Positions 59,216 to 64,000 of a stretch of 64,000 nucleotides of DNA are shown here, piece by piece. A program made the position numbers and the translations under genes. A model generated the notes under the pieces. That model had not been told where the DNA came from. It was given only the letters and a program-made list of their open reading frames with translations, and searched no databases. The DNA comes from Vicugna vicugna (Eukaryota), in the NCBI GenBank assembly GCA_013265495.1, contig MU062119.1, positions 4,190,388 to 4,254,387 of the forward strand, in the 5' to 3' direction. Each line of letters starts with the position of its first letter. The stretch's first letter is position 1.

Positions 59216-60954
59216 CTCTCCAGGGACTGCGTCCCACTCTTAGATAGAGATCGCACAGGGCAGCGAGTCTCAGATAACGGAGAGGAGGGGTGGGAGAACA
59301 GTGTGCGAAATACAGGTTCCCAGGCCACCCTACGGTCTGGGTCAGGGCCAGGGAGCGCATCCTTAGCAAGCTAGGGGCGGTGGTGGGGGGTGGGGGGTCC
59401 TGTGCCTCCCTGTGATGACTGGAGCCCCGGACTCCCCTCCCCCCAAGAGAGAGTCGGTGCCCAGTGGGGAAGTGACACAGCCCCAGCCTCCAGCCGGCCT
59501 CTGCACACTCACATTTCACGCAGACCCGCCGAAAGGATAAAAAGGGAGGGAAAACCCTGGCAGCCCCTCTCCTTCCCCCTCCCCTTCCCTCCCCAGGCCT
59601 GCCCTCCTAGGGAGGAGCCAAGCTCTCCAGGGACTGGGGCGGGGGGCACGTCTAGGCCTGGCCAGGGAAGTCCCCACTGCCTCGACATCTCGGCTGGCTG
59701 TCCAGTGGCCAAGGTCACCTCCAGGGAGCAGGAAGGGTTAAGGCCCAGACGACCCCTGTGGACGAGGTGGCAGGAGTTTGCCTCTTAACCCTGGGCTGCC
59801 CCAACATTTCCTGCCCTTTCAGCGCCGGCTTCCAAGCTGCACCCAGCTCACAGCTGCACTCCTTTACAATCAGTTAACAGCTGTTTTGCATAGATTTTCA
59901 ATTCTAATTGCCTCGCTTTGTGAGCCGCTGAGCCCCGGTGAATGGGGAAGCCGCCGCACGGCTAGAAAGCAGGCGGGGAGGGGGGACACTCTAGAGGGAC
60001 TAAAAGGAAGCCAGTGTGCGCGGGGCTGGCTGCTTTTATTTTTATTTTTTAATAAAAGAATACTCCCACCATGAGCTGCCCCGGCTCAGCTCCTGCCTCT
60101 CCTTGCCTGGAATCTGAAGATGCCCCCCCAAACTTGGGAAGGATGCCCACCCCCTCCCCACTCTGACCCGGGCCCCCCAACCTCCCCCAGACACAGTCCC
60201 CTGGGGGCAGCTTCCAGCCCTAGAACCCCCCCAGCCCCCTAGGCTCTCCAGTACCCAGATATGGGAAGCTAATTGGACAATAAAGTTGAGCAGCGAGGAA
60301 ACGCGCTCTCTGGAGACAGCTGGCATCTATAAAAGAGAAATATTTGCATTTAAAACCTTTAAACTTTATACAGCGGGGCCAGGCCATGGCAGGGGAGGGT
60401 GGATGGATGAGGGGGTTGCTCAGACCCTCAGGGAGGCAGCGGCTCCTGGAGGAGGCAGCCCAGGCTGCCAGAGGTCCACGGAGGTCCTGAGGCTGGTAGT
60501 TCTGAACTTCTCTGCCACCCGCGACCGCGACCCCACCCCCACAACACGCCTGCTGTTCCCTGCAGGATACCAACTGGCAGACCCTGGCCTGGTGGCCTCA
60601 CCACAGGTCAAGCACAAACCCCCCTGGCTCCCTACCCACACAGGGGCCCAGGCATTTAATGGGAGTCACAAGGCCTTTCCAGGTCAAGACCATGAGGCCG
60701 GAGTCCACACCCTCGTGGTGGGCCTGGCTGGGCCCTGCCAGGTAAGCAGAGCCTCAGGCCACTCCCCCTCACCCGTCCCTCCCCCTGGCTGCTGGCTGAG
60801 TCATCGTGGGGAAAGTGGCCCCCAGGCTGCAGCTTCTGGCAAGAAGACAGTTTGCAAGGAAGGCCCAGGGCTTCTTCCCCACTCGTGTGTGCTCACCTCC
60901 GATTTTCAGCTGTGGGAGGACACAACCCCTGCTGTGCTCAGGGCCCCTTGGGGC

Positions 60955-61020
60955 AGCGCCACTCCACTGCCCGGATGAAGAAACTGAGGCTCAGAGAAGT
61001 CAACTGCTTGCCAGGGGCTG
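60955..61020. mobile_element. MIR core fragment
   Basis: ggatgaagaaactgaggctcagagaagtcaactgcttgcc. Confidence 0.6.
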
Positions 61021-61879
61021 GCAGGCACCTCCCCCTCCACGCTGCTGCTGGGGGGAGAGGCAGTTTTCATTTCCGCACTCACATGCCTAGTTCCCATTTT
61101 TCATATTTGAGAGAAACCTGGCCACATCTTCCTACTGTCAACATTTGCAGTGTAAAGCCGGGCGAGAACATGCCCCTGAGTGGTCTTATTCTAGCCGGCT
61201 TTCATGACATCGCAGAGCACTCTGAGCCTCAGCTCCACGTCCTGCCTACTGGCAGGCTGACATTGAGGGGGTATGGGGTGCAGACTCCCAGCTCTGCCTT
61301 CCCGGGCAGCAGCGGAAACTTCCAGGGTGGAGGGGTGGTGGCAGAAAACGTGGCCAAAATCAACGGCACACGCGCCAGTTTCAATAATGTCAATTAAGCA
61401 AAAACCAACCAGAAACATCCCCTCTGTTCCGGAGCAACCTGTCCTCACAGCTTCTGTTCCCAGCAGGAAAGTACTTCCAGTCCCAGCAGCGCCAGCTGAG
61501 TTCCTGGCTTGGCATTCAAGGCCTCGGGCAGCTGTGGTGAAACTGCCTCCCCACCCCTCCGCCCACCGTCTCCAGCCGCTGAGCTCCCACAGCCTCAGCT
61601 GACTTCTTCACCGTCGCTTCCTAAACACGACTTCCCGGTCATCTTTGTGTCAACCTCATTCCAGAATCAGCCACAAAGCCAATTGAAAACATGGTTTCTG
61701 AGAGAGCCCACTGGCCTTCGGGAGGGATGGGAGTGGGGTGGGGAGCGGGCCCGAGGAAAGAGCCCTGGGCTAAGCCTGAGGGGCTGCGGCCTGGCGGAGC
61801 AAATGGCCTCCCCGCTCGCTGGGCCCCAGTTCTGCCAGCTGTTGACATGCAAGCAACACAGTCCCTTCCCAAGCTTTAA

Positions 61880-61990
61880 AGTGAGGACGAAACATGACAC
61901 TAAACCAGAAAGAGCCTTGCACAGTGCCTGGAACACAGCTGGAGCTCAAGAGAATTACTTACATTTGGTGTGAGAAGGAAATGGATGGCA
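61880..61990 (+). mobile_element. L2 LINE 3' end
   Basis: gccttgcacagtgcctggaacacagctggagctcaagagaattact..gaaggaaatggatg. Confidence 0.6.
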
Positions 61991-62349
61991 AGGAGGCAGC
62001 AAATAAAACAGTTTTACAAGGAAGCAGGTGGGCAGGCAGGGAGGCCACGCCGGCACGATTCTGGGGGAGGGGGACTGAGGCGTGGGCCAGGGCAGCATGG
62101 GTCTGGCTAGAGGCCTTCGGGCATCACAGACCCTCCGAGAATCATGCCAGCCCTTCCCCGGGCACAGCCCCATGCTGGCTTCGGGGTCAGTACTACTGGT
62201 CGGTCACCTGCAGGGTGTGGGTAGCCGGATGGACAGGAGGAGAGCAAGAGAGAGCCACCAAATTTCTTGGTTTTGTCATTTTTTTAAAATGTTGACAGTA
62301 TGCAGTTAGGACTTCCTTCTCAGAGATGTGTCTTAAAAATGACCTGGGA

Positions 62350-62503
62350 GGGGAGGGTTTAGCTCAGTGGTAGAGTGCATGCTTAGCACGCACGAGGTCC
62401 TGGGTTCAATGTGTTGTACCTCAAGAAAGGCAGGCAGGAAGGACGGAAAGAAGAGAGAGAAAGGAAGGAAGGAAAGAAGGAAGGAAGAAAGAGAGAAAGA
62501 AAG
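62350..62503 (+). mobile_element. Camelid-type tRNA-derived SINE with GGAA/GAAA microsatellite tail
   Basis: GGGGAGGGTTTAGCTCAGTGGTAGAGTGCATGCTTAGCACGCACGAGGTCCTGGGTTCAAT (intact A and B boxes), followed by ~80 nt of purine repeat. Confidence 0.88.
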
Positions 62504-63194
62504 ATTGTACATCAACTACAATTCAATAAAAAAAATTTTTTTGAAGATCATCCAGCCACCCCAGTGTCCTTCCACGGATGACTAGATAAACAACTGTGTC
62601 ATCCATCTCTGCCAAGGATTATTATTCAGCCATAAAAAGAAGTGAAGTCCTGATACATGCTCCAGCATGGATTAATACAGTGAGACTTGAAAACGTGTGT
62701 CCACACAAAAGCTTGGACATGGATGCTTGTGGCAGTATGTTCAGCACAGCCAGAAAATGGAAGCAACCTAACTGTCCATCAAGTGACAGTGGATTTTAAA
62801 AACCTGTATGTAGCCTGTCCACCCAGTGGAATATTATTCAACCACGAAAAGGAAGCAAATACTGAGTGTGTTACAGCACGGATGAACCTTGAAAACAGCA
62901 TTCTAAGGGAAAGAAGCCAGACACAAAAGACCACTTAGTGTGTGATTCCATCCACGGGAAGGTCCATCCAGAAGATACATCCACAGGGACAATAGGTTAG
63001 TGGTGGCCAGGGACAGAGGGGCGGGGCAGGGACCACTAACGGGTACAGGGTTCCTGTTGGGGTGAAAACTGTCTTGGGCCGAGACAGAGGTGCTGGTTGC
63101 ACAACTTCATGAAGGTATTAAATGCCACTGAACTGTTCGCTTTAAAATGGTTAGTTTCACGTTGTGTGGATTTTACCTCAATTTAAAAAAAAAA
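62504..63194 (+). mobile_element. LINE-1 3' end cluster (short L1 3' tip plus two overlapping L1M(B)-type 3' segments ending in poly-A)
   Basis: Typical L1M text (tattattcagccataaaaag, ggatgaaccttgaaaac, ttgcacaact...ccactgaactgt...tttaaaatggtt...acctcaatttaaaaaaa). The 62540-62670 segment recurs, diverged, at ~62760-62895. Confidence 0.85.
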
Positions 63195-64000
63195 GATCCA
63201 ATCTGAGAGCCCCCAGGTTGGTCCTGGGAGACGCAGGGCAGGGCGTAGGTTTCCAGAGCCCCCAGCATCCCCTGGGAGTTCCCTTTCATGCTGTTCGCCT
63301 TGGGTGTTTCGAGAGAAGCCCGTCAGGTTCAAGCATTCTCTGCATCCAGGGCGTTTTCCATGCTCAGCCCATGGAACACACTCCGTGCCGTCCCCGCAGA
63401 CGGGGCCTCTGAGCCCTCGAGCTGGGGGTTGGCACTGCCCTCCCCCAACTGCGTTTTCACCCCCATCAACAGTTCTCCAGCCTTGGGCGCAGGCAGGCCG
63501 TGCCCCTGTGGGCTCCGAGCAGCTGCAGGTCAGGACACTGAAAGGCACACACCTGCCCTGCAGCAGCACTGCCGCTGGCTCCCGCCACCTGGCCCCGGGC
63601 TGGAAAGCAGCCAGCTGTGACCTGGGCAGGCCTAGGGGACAAGGAGGGAGGGGAGGGTGGGGTGGCACGGGGAGGCTAGGCCCCCAGAGGTCACCAGCGG
63701 CAGGAGAGACCCCAGTCCTGGACCCCTGACCTGAGGCCAGCGTGGCCCTTTCGGGGGTCGAAAGCCAGAACGCCCGGGAGCTCCCTGCCCCATGTGCCCG
63801 GGGGCAGGCACACTTCCGCCTTCCGAGCCCGGACACCCAGCAGATGCAGAAATCCGGGTGGTTCCCTCTTCAGCTTCTCAGGAACAACCCTCCTCTGTAA
63901 AAACGAACCCGCTGTCCTCCAGCCCGGTGAGGGCTTTTCCTTTCTTCTCGGTCTATCAGCTCAGAGGACAGGGCGCCAGGACCCCCACCCAAGTGGCCAC

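Noticed and set aside
9100-60803. Scattered AP-1 (TGACTCA/TGAGTCA) and two NF-kB-like GGGAGTTCCC sites (19129, 63274)
   Set aside because: Counts are near chance expectation for 64 kb; mentioned only where part of a cluster.
60286-60978. 230-aa ORF over the candidate antisense promoter
   Set aside because: Starts at TTG upstream of the TATA box, runs through the donor into a MIR, and has no recognisable homology.
62350-62420. tRNA-Ala-like gene
   Set aside because: The acceptor and T stems do not pair, it has a repeat tail, and two sister copies occur in the window: a tRNA-derived SINE, not a tRNA.
62540-62895. Apparent internal duplication within the L1 cluster
   Set aside because: The two segments differ greatly from each other, consistent with two old independent L1M insertions.
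1-64000. CRISPR array, prokaryotic operon, defence system or intact retroviral/transposase ORF
   Set aside because: No spaced direct repeats or dense intronless coding; the window is explained by spliced mammalian genes and old repeats.

Overview
Mammalian genomic DNA, visibly GC-rich, with six short N-gaps. Three copies of a tRNA-derived SINE of the camelid type (GGGGAGGGT-TAGCTCAGTGGTAGAG..GAGGTCCTGGGTTCAAT) suggest an alpaca/llama/camel genome (inference). Two genes lie tail to tail. On the + strand are the last two coding exons of GINS2 (592-718, 920-1045). On the - strand is essentially all of GSE1 (CoREST/HDAC1-associated Gse1 coiled-coil protein): 16 coding exons from ATG 54505 to a stop predicted near 6240, about 1,209 aa, with a ~3.7 kb 3'UTR ending near 2500. 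All readable GSE1 exon borders are GT-AG and phase-consistent. The exon 2 acceptor, the stop codon and the probable TSS fall in gaps. The remainder is intron and promoter: CpG islands at ~53.5-56.7 kb, old L1/L2/MIR/MER5/MLT1 remnants, and AT-rich homeodomain-motif islands. I found no prokaryotic, CRISPR or viral system and cannot claim a new biological system with confidence. The best leads are: all six gaps touch GSE1 mRNA sequence; back-to-back GINS2/GSE1 poly(A) signals plus a cryptically spliceable GINS2 3'UTR at the NMD threshold; candidate unannotated GSE1 first exons, a cassette exon and alternative splice sites; clustered palindromic homeodomain sites; and a candidate antisense TATA promoter.
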